DNA of 61,606 nucleotides, filler included. It is 4 parts of 4 records of this genome, joined end to end, with 100 filler letters (N's around TTAATTAATTAA, not from the genome) between each part and the next. Parts side by side here need not be neighbours in the genome. Positions count along the whole stretch, not along the records: positions 1 to 5,785 come from DRR723986_6947; positions 5,886 to 14,428 come from DRR723986_6949; 2 more parts are not named here. The stretch is one strand, 5' to 3'. Within the stretch, counting starts at the first letter, position 1, and the number at the start of each line of letters is the position of its first letter. This document shows positions 1 to 10,463 of this stretch, piece after piece. The position numbers and the translations under genes are program-made. Below the pieces are notes generated by a model, which did no database searches, was not told the DNA's origin, and saw nothing but the letters and a program-made list of their open reading frames with translations.

Positions 1-1
1 G

Positions 2-835
2 GAACTGGCCAATGGCTGCATCTGCTGCACAGTGGCCGATGACTTCATCCCCACAATCGAGGCGTTGATGGCCCTGCCGCAGACGCCGGATCATATCCTG
101 ATCGAAACCTCGGGCCTGGCCCTGCCGAAACCGCTGCTCAAGGCCTTCGACTGGCCCGCGATCCGCTCGCGCATCACGGTGGACGGGGTGATTGCCCTGG
201 CCGATGCGGAGGCGGTCGCGGCGGGCCGGTTCGCCCCCGATGTGGACGCGGTTCAGGCGCAACGCGAGGCCGATGACAGCCTCGACCACGACACACCGCT
301 TGGCGAGGTGTTCGAGGATCAGATTTCCTGCGCCGACATCATCCTGCTGTCCAAGGCGGATCTGGCAGGCGAAGACGGGCTGGCCCGCGCCCGCGCGGTG
401 ATCGAGGCCGAAATGCCGCGCAAGGTGTCGATCCTGCCGATGACCGAAGGCGTGATCGACCCGCGCGTGGTTCTGGGGCTGGAAGCGGCTGCCGAGGATG
501 ACCTCGATGCGCGCCCCAGTCACCATGACGGCGCAGATGACCATGAACATGACGATTTTGACAGCGTCGTGATCGAGTTGAACGAGGTAGACAACGTGCA
601 AGCGCTGGAAGCGGCCGTGCTGCGGCTGGCGCGCGAACAGAACGCGTTGCGGGTGAAGGGCTATATCGCTGTGAAGGGAAAACCGATGCGGATGCTGGTA
701 CAAGCCGTGGGCGACCGCCTGCGCACCCAGTTCGACAAGCCCTGGGGGGATCAGCCCCGGCGGTCGCAGCTGGTGGTGATCGGCGAACACGACCACGTGG
801 ACGCAGCCGCCATCCGCGCGGTGCTCGGGGCGTAA
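2..835 (+). CDS. cobW: Cobalamin biosynthesis protein CobW (COG0523 GTPase), 5'-truncated by window edge
   Basis: Frame opens at base 2 with ELANGCICCTV (CxCC motif), then IETSGLALPKP, SKAD and His-rich HHDGADDHEHDD; lies upstream of cobN. Confidence 0.93.
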   Translation, partial: ELANGCICCTVADDFIPTIEALMALPQTPDHILIETSGLALPKPLLKAFDWPAIRSRITVDGVIALADAEAVAAGRFAPDVDAVQAQREADDSLDHDTPLGEVFEDQISCADIILLSKADLAGEDGLARARAVIEAEMPRKVSILPMTEGVIDPRVVLGLEAAAEDDLDARPSHHDGADDHEHDDFDSVVIELNEVDNVQALEAAVLRLAREQNALRVKGYIAVKGKPMRMLVQAVGDRLRTQFDKPWGDQPRRSQLVVIGEHDHVDAAAIRAVLGA

Positions 836-873
836 CTGCCATGGCCCCGATTGCGCCCTTTCCGTCTTGCGCC

Positions 874-937
874 GCGCTGCGTGGACGCAGCGCAAATGCC
901 GAGCGTCGACGCTCGGCCCTGCTCCGTCACGGAGCAG
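874..937. repeat. Three tandem short palindromes (REP-like) in the cobW-cobN spacer
   Basis: gcgctgcgt-gg-acgcagcgc (874-893), gccgagcgtcgacgctcggc (898-917), ctgctccgt-c-acggagcag (919-937). Confidence 0.75.
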
Positions 938-965
938 ACCCCCGCCGGAAGGAGAGGTCCGCCTG

Positions 966-3900
966 ATGCATGTGGTCTTCCGCGAAAGCCACGGGTTGGA
1001 GGAAACCGACACCCCGCAGGATCTGGGCCAAAGCCCGGCCGATCTGGTGGTGCTGTCCTTTTCCGACAGCGACCTCGGGGCCTTCGCGGCAGGCTATGCT
1101 CGCGCGAAGGAGCGTGGGTTCGACCCCACGCTTCGCCTTGCCAATCTGGTGGCACTGAAGCACCCGCTGTCGGTCGACACCTATGCCGACCAGACCCTGA
1201 CCGGGGTCAAGGCGGTGCTGGTCAAGCTCATTGGTGGCGAAAGCTACTGGCCTTACGGCCTTGCCACCTTGCGAGAGCTGGCCGACCGCACCGGCATGGC
1301 GCTGGCCATTCTGCCTGCCGATGGCCGCCCCGATCCGCGTCTGGATGAGCTGTCCACTCTGCCTGTTTCCACCCTGCGCCGTTTGCAGCACCTGTGCGAT
1401 GCCGGAGGCGCCGTGGCAGCCCATGCGGCGCTGGCGCAACTGGCACTGGCTGGCGGGCTTTATGCCGGGCCGGTTGTTGGGGAAAAGACAGTTCCCGATT
1501 TCGGCTTTTACCGTCCCGATACCGGCGTGCTGCGCGACCACCAGCCCACGGGCAAGCCTCTGGTGCCGGTCACCTTCTACCGCTCCTACCTGACCGCCGC
1601 TGACACCGACCCGGTGGACGCCACGATTGCCGCGCTGGAGACACAGGGGTTCGAGGCCGTGGGCATCTTCGCCAGCAGCCTCAAGCAACCCGCAGCCGCC
1701 AAATGGATGCGCACAGAGCTGGCGCGGCTGAGCCCGGCGGCCATCGTCAACGCCACCGCCTTTTCGGCGCAGGGGGCGGATGGCCAGCCTTCGCCGCTAT
1801 CCGATCCCGGCTGTCCCGTCTTCCAGATCGCCCTGTCCACCGCGCGCCGCAAGGACTGGACCGAGGCCGACCGGGGCCTGTCGCCCGCCGACCTTGCGAT
1901 GCATGTCGTATTGCCAGAGGTGGACGGTCGCATCTTTGCAGGTGTCGCCAGCTTCAAACAGCCGGGCCGCAGGGATCCTGACCTGGAATATTCCCGCTTC
2001 GCGCATCGTGCCGATCAGGGCCGTATCGCCCAGGTCGTGGCGCGTGTCGCTGCATGGCACCGGCTTGCCACCCTGCCCGCCCGCGACAAGCGGCTGGCGC
2101 TGGTCCTGTCCACCTATCCGGGGCGCGACTGGAACCTCGCCCATGCGGTCGGGCTGGATCCGCTGGCCTCGGTCGAGGGGCTGATGGGCGCGCTTGCCCG
2201 CGACGGCCACGAGTTTGGCGAGGTGCCCGATATGGGCAAACGCCTGCTGGAAGAGCGCATTTCGTGGCCGCTGGCAGATTACCACGCGGCGTTGGACACA
2301 TTGCCCGGAACCCTGCGCGACGACCTTTTCACCGCCTGGGGCGTGCCAGAGGCCGACCCGGCCACCCAGGGCGACCAGATCACCTTTGCCGCGATCCGGG
2401 CGGGCAACGCTCTGATTGCGCTGCAACCCGAACGGGGCGAGGTTCAGTCCCGCGACGACGATTACCACGACCTTAGCCGCACACCGCGCCACGGCTACGT
2501 CGCCTTTTATATGTGGCTGCGGGCGCAGGCCGATGCGCTGATCCATGTGGGTGCCCATGGCACGCTGGAGTGGCTGCCGGGCAAGGCGGTGGCGCTAAGC
2601 GACGCCTGCTGGCCCGAGGCGCTTCTGGGCCCCCTGCCCGTCATCTACCCCTTTATCGTGAACGACCCCGGCGAAGCCGCGCAGGCCAAGCGCCGCGTGG
2701 GCGCGGTCACCATCGGCCACCTGCCGCCGCCCATGGCGCAGACCACCCTTCCCGAAGGAATGGGCCGGCTGGAACACCTGCTGGATGAGTACTCCACGGC
2801 CGATGGTCTGGACCCCGCCCGCCGCGACCGGCTTATCTCGGACATCCGCGCCGAGGCGCAGGGAACCGGGGTTGAACAGGATCTGGGCATTCCCGAAGAC
2901 GCCAGCGCCGCCGAGGCGATCACCCGCATCGACCGCTTCGTCTGCGACATCAAGGAAAGCCAGTATGGCGACGGGCTGCACATCTTCGGCAGCGGCGATT
3001 GCGGCGCCGAGGAACACGCCGGGCTGATGGCGGCCTTGCAGGGTCGCTTCGTCCCCCCCGGCCCGTCGGGGTCGCCCTACCGGGGCCGGTCCGATGTGCT
3101 GCCCACGGGGCGCAACCTCTTTACAACCGATCCGCGCGCGGTGCCCTCTCGGGCGGCGCAATCCCAGGGTATCAAACTGGCGGAAGAGCTGGTGCGCCGC
3201 CACCTTCAGGATCATGGCGATTGGCCGAAGGGGCTGGTCGTGGACCTGTGGGGGTCAGCCACCATGCGCACGGCGGGCGAGGAATTTGCCATGGCGCTGC
3301 ATCTCGCTGGCCTTGCGCCCAAATGGGACGAAGGCAGCGAACGGGTATCAGGCTTCGAAGTGATCCCGCTGGCGCTGCTTGGCCGCCCCCGGATCGACGT
3401 GACCTTGCGTGTCTCGGGGCTCTTCCGCGATGTCTTCCCCGGCCTTGCGCAGATGTTCGAGGCGGCGGCAAGCGCTTTGGCAGACCGCGAGGAAGCCGCC
3501 GATGACAACCCCTACCTTGCCCGCACCCCGCGCGTCTTCGGCCCGCGACCGGGCAGCTATGGCGTGGGCATGACGACCCATCTGGACGACTATTCCGACG
3601 AGGCCCGCAACGCGGCGGGCGAGGCCTGGCTGACCGCCTCATCCTACGCCATCGACGCGCAGGGGGTGTCAAGCGAGGCGCGTGACGCGCTGGAGGATCG
3701 CGTGAAGGCCGCCGACAGCTTCGTGCATCTGCAGGACCTGCCGGAAACCGACCTGCTGATGGCGTCCGACTACGCCGCGCATGAGGCGGGCTTTGCCGCC
3801 GCTGTCGCGCGGTTGGGGGGCGATGCGCCCACGCTCTACCACATGGACGCGACGCAACCCGACCGCCCCCGCGCCCGCGACCTGACAGAGGAAATCGCCC

Positions 3901-4217
3901 GCGTGACCCGCGCCCGCGCGGCGAATCCCGACTGGGCCAATGGCATGATGCGGCACGGGTTTCGCGGGGCGGCAGAGATCGCGGCCACGCTCGACCACCT
4001 CGCGGCCTTCGCGCATCTGGCCGCCGCCGTGCCGCCACATCTGTTTGACCTTTACCACGACGCCACTTTGGGCCGCGACGACCTGATTGACTTCATGGAA
4101 CGCGAGAACCCGGCAGCGCTCGCCGCCATGCGCGCCCGCTTTCAGGCGCTGCATGACGCAGGCCTCTGGGTCACGCGGCGCAATTCCATCGCCGCCACGC
4201 TTGAGGCCGCACAATGA
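966..4217 (+). CDS. cobN: Cobaltochelatase subunit CobN
   Basis: ATG at 966 after GGAGAGG gives MHVVFRESHGL; motifs LPEVDGRI, HVGAHGTLEWLPGK, LPTGRNL, RIDVTLRVSGLFRD, HGFRGA. Confidence 0.96.
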   Translation: MHVVFRESHGLEETDTPQDLGQSPADLVVLSFSDSDLGAFAAGYARAKERGFDPTLRLANLVALKHPLSVDTYADQTLTGVKAVLVKLIGGESYWPYGLATLRELADRTGMALAILPADGRPDPRLDELSTLPVSTLRRLQHLCDAGGAVAAHAALAQLALAGGLYAGPVVGEKTVPDFGFYRPDTGVLRDHQPTGKPLVPVTFYRSYLTAADTDPVDATIAALETQGFEAVGIFASSLKQPAAAKWMRTELARLSPAAIVNATAFSAQGADGQPSPLSDPGCPVFQIALSTARRKDWTEADRGLSPADLAMHVVLPEVDGRIFAGVASFKQPGRRDPDLEYSRFAHRADQGRIAQVVARVAAWHRLATLPARDKRLALVLSTYPGRDWNLAHAVGLDPLASVEGLMGALARDGHEFGEVPDMGKRLLEERISWPLADYHAALDTLPGTLRDDLFTAWGVPEADPATQGDQITFAAIRAGNALIALQPERGEVQSRDDDYHDLSRTPRHGYVAFYMWLRAQADALIHVGAHGTLEWLPGKAVALSDACWPEALLGPLPVIYPFIVNDPGEAAQAKRRVGAVTIGHLPPPMAQTTLPEGMGRLEHLLDEYSTADGLDPARRDRLISDIRAEAQGTGVEQDLGIPEDASAAEAITRIDRFVCDIKESQYGDGLHIFGSGDCGAEEHAGLMAALQGRFVPPGPSGSPYRGRSDVLPTGRNLFTTDPRAVPSRAAQSQGIKLAEELVRRHLQDHGDWPKGLVVDLWGSATMRTAGEEFAMALHLAGLAPKWDEGSERVSGFEVIPLALLGRPRIDVTLRVSGLFRDVFPGLAQMFEAAASALADREEAADDNPYLARTPRVFGPRPGSYGVGMTTHLDDYSDEARNAAGEAWLTASSYAIDAQGVSSEARDALEDRVKAADSFVHLQDLPETDLLMASDYAAHEAGFAAAVARLGGDAPTLYHMDATQPDRPRARDLTEEIARVTRARAANPDWANGMMRHGFRGAAEIAATLDHLAAFAHLAAAVPPHLFDLYHDATLGRDDLIDFMERENPAALAAMRARFQALHDAGLWVTRRNSIAATLEAAQ

Positions 4218-5359
4218 GCGCCCCGGTTGTCCACGGCTGGTGCCCCGGCGCGCTGCGCCCGATGATGTCGGGCGACGGGCTGGTCGTCCGGGTGCGTGCG
4301 CCCCTTGGGCGGTTGACGCAGGCACAGGCGGCAGGGCTGGCGGATCTGGCGGCGGCGCATGGCAACGGGCTGATTGATGTCTCGGCCAGGTCGAACATTC
4401 AGATCCGGGGTGTAAGCCCCGAGGCACATCCGGCGCTGATCGACGGGCTGACCGCACTGGGACTGATCGACGAAGACGTGGCAGCGGAAACCCGGCGCAA
4501 TCTGGTGATTCAGCCATTCTGGGCGGATCGCGATGCGACGCAGTGCGTTGCGGTCTCTCTGACCGAAGCACTTGCCCGTGCAGACGCCCCTGACCTGCCC
4601 GGCAAGTTCGGCTTTGCGGTGGATTGTGGACCATCCCACCTTTTACGCAGCATCTCTGCCGATATCCGCATTGAAGCCGCCTCGGATGGCCTTGTCGTCC
4701 GGGCGGACGGGGCCGAGACCGGTCGGCTTGTGGCCACGGCGCAAGAGGCGGCAGCGGCAGCGATGGAGCTTGCCCGCTGGTTTCTTGACACTGGCGGCGC
4801 GCCTGCTGGCCGGGGCCGCATGGCGCGGCATCTGGCGGGTGGGGTCAGCCTGCCGGACCGTTTTTGCCATGCGCCTGCGGCGGCATCGGGGGCAGCGCCT
4901 CCGGCCCCGGGTGCGTCACTGACAGGGCAGCTTGTGGCGCTGGAATTCGGGCAGATCATGGCAGACACCCTCGCCGTTTTGGCGGGGTTGGCTCCGATCC
5001 GCGTCACCCCGTGGCGGATGTTGCTGCTGGAGGGCGTGACCAGCGCCCCGGACCTGCCGGGCCTGATCCATGACGCCACCGACCCGCGTCTGCGCATTGA
5101 CGTCTGCACCGGCGCGCCGGGCTGCCCGCAAGCGCTGTCGCCCACCCGTGATCTGGCCCGTGCGCTGGCCCCGCATCTGCCCGAAGGTCAGCGCCTGCAT
5201 ATCTCTGGCTGCGCCAAGGGCTGCGCCCATCCCGGCCCTGCGGCGCTGACCCTGACCGCGACCGGCCCCGACCGGTTCGACCTTATCCGCGACGGCCGCG
5301 CCGACGCCACGCCCGAGGCCACCGGCCTTTCCCCCGACCAGATCAAGAAGGCCCTGTGA
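4214..5359 (+). CDS. cobG: Precorrin-3B synthase CobG
   Basis: GWCPGALRPMMSGDGLVVRVR N-terminus; CTGAPGC and SGCAKGC Fe-S motifs; ATGA overlap with cobN. Confidence 0.93.
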   Translation: MSAPVVHGWCPGALRPMMSGDGLVVRVRAPLGRLTQAQAAGLADLAAAHGNGLIDVSARSNIQIRGVSPEAHPALIDGLTALGLIDEDVAAETRRNLVIQPFWADRDATQCVAVSLTEALARADAPDLPGKFGFAVDCGPSHLLRSISADIRIEAASDGLVVRADGAETGRLVATAQEAAAAAMELARWFLDTGGAPAGRGRMARHLAGGVSLPDRFCHAPAAASGAAPPAPGASLTGQLVALEFGQIMADTLAVLAGLAPIRVTPWRMLLLEGVTSAPDLPGLIHDATDPRLRIDVCTGAPGCPQALSPTRDLARALAPHLPEGQRLHISGCAKGCAHPGPAALTLTATGPDRFDLIRDGRADATPEATGLSPDQIKKAL

Positions 5360-5785
5360 ATGCCCCACACCTACGAAACCAACGGCGCTGCCATCTACGA
5401 GGAAAGTTTCCGGACGATCCGGGCGGAGGCTGACCTTGACCGCTTCGATGCCGATGAAGAACCCGTTGTCGTGCGGATGATCCATGCGGCGGGGCTGGTG
5501 GGGCTGGAACGGGACGTTCGGTTTTCCCCCGGCATGGCGACTGTTGCCCGGCAGGCCCTGAAGGACGGCGCGCCGATCCTGTGCGATGCGTATATGGTCA
5601 GCGAAGGCATCACCCGCCCGCGCCTGCCAGCGGGCAATCAGGTGATTTGCACCCTGCGCGATCCCCGCGTGCCCGACATGGCGAAAGAGATGGGCAACAC
5701 CCGCTCTGCCGCTGCGCTGGAACTGTGGCGCCCGCATCTGGACGGGGCACTGGTTGCCATCGGCAATGCGCCCACGGCGCTGTTT
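5360..5785 (+). CDS. cobH: Precorrin-8X methylmutase CobH, 3'-truncated at contig end
   Basis: IYEESFRTIRAEA, VRMIHAAG, NTRSAAA, AIGNAPTALF. Confidence 0.94.
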
Positions 5786-5885
5786 NNNNNNNNNNNNNNN
5801 NNNNNNNNNNNNNNNNNNNNNNNNNNNNNTTAATTAATTAANNNNNNNNNNNNNNNNNNNNNNNNNNNNNNNNNNNNNNNNNNNN
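5786..5885. other. Artificial contig linker
   Basis: N44-TTAATTAATTAA-N44, with stops in all six frames; composition changes across it. Confidence 0.98.
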
Positions 5886-6134
5886 ATTCGTCCACGCACG
5901 CAACACAAGGGATATAAATTTAACGGCACTAACATTAACAAACCCGTAGAGCTTCTCGCCGACGACGTAAGACGCAACGGTCGCCTATGGAAAAAATGTG
6001 CCGCATCCCGTAGCGCCTGAATTCCGGCTAACTATCAACTACTTAATTAACCGCGTTACCCGCTAGTATCTGCTGCGGGACATCCTGGATAACTACAACA
6101 ATACAGACTGTCCCCGCTTCCATGTTTACTATTT

Positions 6135-6180
6135 AAAAAACAAACGGCAGTAAAGCTCACACAAGCTTACTGCCGTTTGA
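6135..6180 (-). terminator. Intrinsic terminator downstream of the BNR-repeat gene
   Basis: caaacggcagtaa...ttactgccgtttg stem with an adjacent A-run (T-run on the minus strand). Confidence 0.7.
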
Positions 6181-6277
6181 ATAGCTCCGGAGAGTTATCC
6201 CTGGAGTGTTGCAATTATAGGGCCCACCGCACCCGAAGGTGCGATGAACCCTCTCGCGTCACAGGATGGATGACGGA

Positions 6278-9200
6278 TTAACGAGTTATCATAACCGGTT
6301 TAACGTCAGTACCACCGGCAGTTTGCAGGCGCACCAGGTGGAGACCACCTGCGGCTTTACTGAGCGCTGCAGACTGAGCGAGTGGGATTGCGGTTTCACC
6401 GATGTTAAGTTGCCCTCTAAAGATCTTGGCCACGTGGTTGCCGCGCAGATCCAGCAGATCTACTTCAACAATTCCAACGCGTTCGTTGCTGACTGTAATC
6501 ACAGAGTTGGCAACGAGTGGATGCGGGGAAATATCGCGGATTGTGGCTGTGGGATTGCCGCTGGAAGCCGTCTCTCCCACCGAAGTTGGATTTGCCTGAA
6601 TACTGAGGTTGTCGATTGCCCAGCCCCAGGCGTTAGCCGCTGCGTCAGTCACCAGGCGAAAACGCAGGAAGATCAGGTCACCTTCGTTAAAGGTTTCGCG
6701 CAGGTCAATGACGCGGCGTTCAAACAGGCTCAGGTTACCTGGCGTAGTTGAGTTACCACCGGCGTTAAGTCCCGACTGATAGGCAGCTGAAGCACTTGCA
6801 TAGGCGCGTGAGTCATAACCCGGCAAGAGCGACTGCCAGGTACAGCCGTCGCTGCTACCTTCGACGACAACAAAGTCAAAGAACTGACCATTGCGCCAAT
6901 CATCAACGATCCCTTCTTCTACCAGAACGACTTCGTCAAATTCGACCAGTGCATTGTCGTTGGCGACGCGCACGGCAAAGCGCGGCCAGAGAACCATGTT
7001 ACTCGCATTCGGATATGGATGCGGCGTGTGAAACGCGCGGTCTGAAAATCCGAGCGGCGTGCGTGTTGACCAGCCAAACATGCGGAAGTCGCTTGTATCG
7101 GTTGAGTCAGAAAGGTCCGTTGAGTAGGTCAGAACTTCTTCCGGCTGCCACATAAACACCTGGCGCGTAGGAGTACGGTAAATCTGTCCATCCACATAGG
7201 ACTCAACATATACGCTGACGGTCGCCTCTTCGGTAATGGGACTGTCAAAAGCGGCACTGGTTGGCTCACTATTGCCATCGAGTGTCGCAATCCGGAATCC
7301 ATTGCGGTAGATGCGGGTTGAATCGTAGGCGCTGCGCTGTGTGACTGCGATGTGCAACATCCCGTTCGGCATGACCGCCAACTTGCTCAGCTGCGGCATT
7401 AGCGGTTGGCTTGGCTCCGTGTAGTTGTTTAATTCTTCAAGCTCAACCGACCAGATTCCACGGCCATAGGTTGCGGCAACAACTTCGTTATCAACGATAC
7501 GCAGCTGGAAGGTGCTGACATGCGGCAGGCCGTTGTCTGAGTATTCCCAGGAAGCGCCACCGTCGGCCGTCACAAACAGACCGATTTCCGTGGCAGCCCA
7601 CATTACATTGGGGTCGTAGGGCATAACCAGAAGATCAAAAACTGCTACGTCCGGAAAGCCAGTAGTGCTGACACCGTCAACAAACCCACTGATGTCTTCC
7701 CAGTCTGTGCCAAAGTTCGTAGTACGTAAAATTTTGCCTTGCTGTGGCGCGGCAAACAGTAGGTAGGCGGTTCCGGGCTCCGTTGGATGGGTCGCCATCC
7801 CCGATGCTTCAACGTAGCCGGCGGGAACGTTACCACTAATATCTTCAAACAGAGCACCACCGCTGGTTGAAATGTGCAGGCCACCACTACGGTTGGATGG
7901 CGCATCCAATGTAAATTTGGACGTTGCCCAGACGACGCGCGCATCAGCATCCGAGACTTCAACGTTACAGAAAGGTCTGTAGCCCAACCAGCGCCCCGGC
8001 AAGATGGTTTGTGTCCAGGTTAAACCAAAGTCATCCGAACGCAGAATGCCGTTGGTGTTAATCGCAAATACCAGGTCCGGGTCTTTGCGCGTCTGCGCCA
8101 GCTTGGTAATGAATGAAGAACCAACACCCGGTGAAAGGTTAAATCCGCTGAATGTTTGCCCACCATCGGTTGAACGATTAATAATGTTAAACTGCGCAGT
8201 TGTTAATACCAGATTGGGATCGCGTTTATTCCAGGCTACCTGGAAACCATCACCGCCGCCGGCGGGCAACCATGCTGTACCGGCATCGGTATCAGCTGGA
8301 GAAATGCGGCTGCCGTTATCCTGCATTCCACCCACATAAGCGTCTTCCCCCGGTTTTTTATCGGCGCCATAAAACTGCGTTGTGCCCATGCCGGTGAGCT
8401 GCACCCAGTTAGTTCCGCCATCGGCCGAATAGCCGACGCCGCCATCATTGGCGACTGCAATTCTAAAAGTTTGATTGCTTTCGTCCGGAATAACAAGCAG
8501 GTCGTGCTGGTCGGCGTGCACTACCGGCAGTTGAAAGTTGTTCGGAATCCACCAACTGATTGGTGTTGTGGCGCGGTTAACATTTGCCGGATCAACAGTT
8601 ATGCGGTAAATGTTAACACCACCAACAAAAACAATATTTGGGTCAAAAGGGTGCACATTAATTGTATTGTCAAACCAGCCCGCCGTATACGCACCTGGCG
8701 CTGCGCCCGACTGGCCATTGGCATTAAACCAGTTTGGATCGTTGCCGGTATCCGGAACCAAATTCCAGTTCTCTCCGGCGTCGGCCGACATGTATAAATC
8801 GGCGACACCGCGTGGACGCTCTACGGCGGCATATAAACGTGTTGGATCGCTGGAAGAAATTGCCAGTTCAGTGCGAACGCTAACTCCGGCCAGACCAAAA
8901 CCACCACCGGTCGGTAAACCAATGTCTGTTTGTAGAGCAAAGTTATCTGCGGAAATGGTCCAGGTTTCGCCCGCATCACGAGACATCAAGACACCAACTT
9001 CGTTAACAGCGGCATAGAGATTGTTAAAGTCGCTGGGATCAGCAATTATCTGCTGAATGCGGTTATCGGTATTTGCCGGTAGTAGTTCCGCAGGTGTCAG
9101 GACCTGACGCCAACTGTCTCCGCCGTCTGTAGACTTAAAAATACCCGATGTTTTGGGTCTGAATCCGCGCGCATAAAGATGCGCATACGAATCGTTACCG

Positions 9201-9991
9201 CAGATAACTACCACGTCAGGATCGGCCGGATCGACTACAATGCGATTGATCGCACTAAATAGCTGGCCTGCGGCCGTGGAGGCCAATTGCGCCCAGGTCT
9301 GGCCACCGTCCGTACTCTTCCAGATACCGGATCCCTCCAGGTCTACAACACGGCCGTAGCCCATGCCGGTACCGGCATAGAGAATGCTTGGATCGGACTT
9401 TGACTGCGCCAGTGAACTGGTCGAAAGGTTTGGTAGATCGACAGTCATATTGGTCCAGCTCTGTCCGGCATCGCTAGTTTTCCAGATGCCGCCGCCAACC
9501 GATGCGATATACCAGCTATTGCCGCTTGCGTCGGCGGCATCAATAACGAGCGCCCGCGCTCGCCCGCTTACATTACCTGGCCCGCGTTCAATCCAGGGCA
9601 GCGGGTCACCCGTAATTGCGTCACTGCTACTTTTGCGTTGCATGGCTTTTGCGCGTTCAATAATGCGGTGTCCCTGCGGATAGGTTAACCCATCGCCACG
9701 TGTTTTTATCTCCGCAAGAGCTTCTATCAACACGCCGGGGTTTTCGGCTTTCAGGCGTGTTTTAGCTTGTTTGGATTCAATTTTATTCAATGCCGCTGTT
9801 AATCTCATCGCCTCAGGGCTTTCAGGCGCTACTTCAGCCAGCAACTGCCGCAGCCCATCTTCCTGCTCGGCGAATGTGGTGATGCCACTGAATGTGCGGT
9901 CAGTTTTGTTAAACGGATAAGTTAACATGACTGCAGTGCTTAATACGCATAGCAATCCCAGGGACCAAAAAATGTGTTTCTTTGTCCGCAT
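6278..9991 (-). CDS. Secreted BNR/Asp-box (VPS10/GH74-like) beta-propeller protein with probable T9SS C-terminal sorting domain
   Basis: Probable start MRTKKHIFWSLGLLCVL (signal peptide); WIERGPGNVSGRARAL; repeated SxDGGxTW boxes; C-terminus ISPHP...DLRG...GLHLVRL...MITR. Confidence 0.8.
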   Translation of the reverse strand: MRTKKHIFWSLGLLCVLSTAVMLTYPFNKTDRTFSGITTFAEQEDGLRQLLAEVAPESPEAMRLTAALNKIESKQAKTRLKAENPGVLIEALAEIKTRGDGLTYPQGHRIIERAKAMQRKSSSDAITGDPLPWIERGPGNVSGRARALVIDAADASGNSWYIASVGGGIWKTSDAGQSWTNMTVDLPNLSTSSLAQSKSDPSILYAGTGMGYGRVVDLEGSGIWKSTDGGQTWAQLASTAAGQLFSAINRIVVDPADPDVVVICGNDSYAHLYARGFRPKTSGIFKSTDGGDSWRQVLTPAELLPANTDNRIQQIIADPSDFNNLYAAVNEVGVLMSRDAGETWTISADNFALQTDIGLPTGGGFGLAGVSVRTELAISSSDPTRLYAAVERPRGVADLYMSADAGENWNLVPDTGNDPNWFNANGQSGAAPGAYTAGWFDNTINVHPFDPNIVFVGGVNIYRITVDPANVNRATTPISWWIPNNFQLPVVHADQHDLLVIPDESNQTFRIAVANDGGVGYSADGGTNWVQLTGMGTTQFYGADKKPGEDAYVGGMQDNGSRISPADTDAGTAWLPAGGGDGFQVAWNKRDPNLVLTTAQFNIINRSTDGGQTFSGFNLSPGVGSSFITKLAQTRKDPDLVFAINTNGILRSDDFGLTWTQTILPGRWLGYRPFCNVEVSDADARVVWATSKFTLDAPSNRSGGLHISTSGGALFEDISGNVPAGYVEASGMATHPTEPGTAYLLFAAPQQGKILRTTNFGTDWEDISGFVDGVSTTGFPDVAVFDLLVMPYDPNVMWAATEIGLFVTADGGASWEYSDNGLPHVSTFQLRIVDNEVVAATYGRGIWSVELEELNNYTEPSQPLMPQLSKLAVMPNGMLHIAVTQRSAYDSTRIYRNGFRIATLDGNSEPTSAAFDSPITEEATVSVYVESYVDGQIYRTPTRQVFMWQPEEVLTYSTDLSDSTDTSDFRMFGWSTRTPLGFSDRAFHTPHPYPNASNMVLWPRFAVRVANDNALVEFDEVVLVEEGIVDDWRNGQFFDFVVVEGSSDGCTWQSLLPGYDSRAYASASAAYQSGLNAGGNSTTPGNLSLFERRVIDLRETFNEGDLIFLRFRLVTDAAANAWGWAIDNLSIQANPTSVGETASSGNPTATIRDISPHPLVANSVITVSNERVGIVEVDLLDLRGNHVAKIFRGQLNIGETAIPLAQSAALSKAAGGLHLVRLQTAGGTDVKPVMITR

Positions 9992-10463
9992 AGAGCCTCT
10001 CAGTTGTAATAGGGGGATGTAATAATCGAGAATTGTTATCCGTAGCCCCGGGAAAACAAAACGTGCAGCGATCCGCCAATCGCCCTGAATGGGTATTGCT
10101 CCTTCGTTTATGTTAAGCGGCATTCACTTGCAAACAAGCAGAGCCGTGGTGCACGCGAGCAGGCACCTTACCATACGGTAAGTCGTTTCTGAAGTCTCAA
10201 ATGCCGGAGTTAAATCGCTTTGTGTAATGATCCATCCTGTGTTCCCACGATGAACCCGGCATTTGCGATGTTATGGTGTCATTGACAAGGTGGCCAGGCA
10301 AAGGGTTACATCTTCAAACAAAAAAAGTGCAAAAACTGATTCACTCACGGCTTTCTACCCCGAAAGTACTGTGGCTGATCGAAGTGTAAGATTGAGGACA
10401 TACAATGCCATTTTATATCTGGCCGGCACGGCAAAAATACGCTGCACAGAACCAGCGCCAGGC

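Noticed and set aside
836..965. Cobalamin riboswitch between cobW and cobN
   Set aside because: No B12-box or GGGAA core is recognisable, and the space is filled by three short palindromes.
927..5737. Long antisense and alternate-frame ORFs over the cob genes
   Set aside because: Shadow ORFs typical of high-GC coding DNA; the sense frames carry clear family motifs.
5786..5885. TTAATTAATTAA palindrome recurring three times
   Set aside because: Embedded in N-runs of fixed length; it is an assembly linker. ORFs running into it, such as 5581-5841 and 36883-37089, are artefacts.
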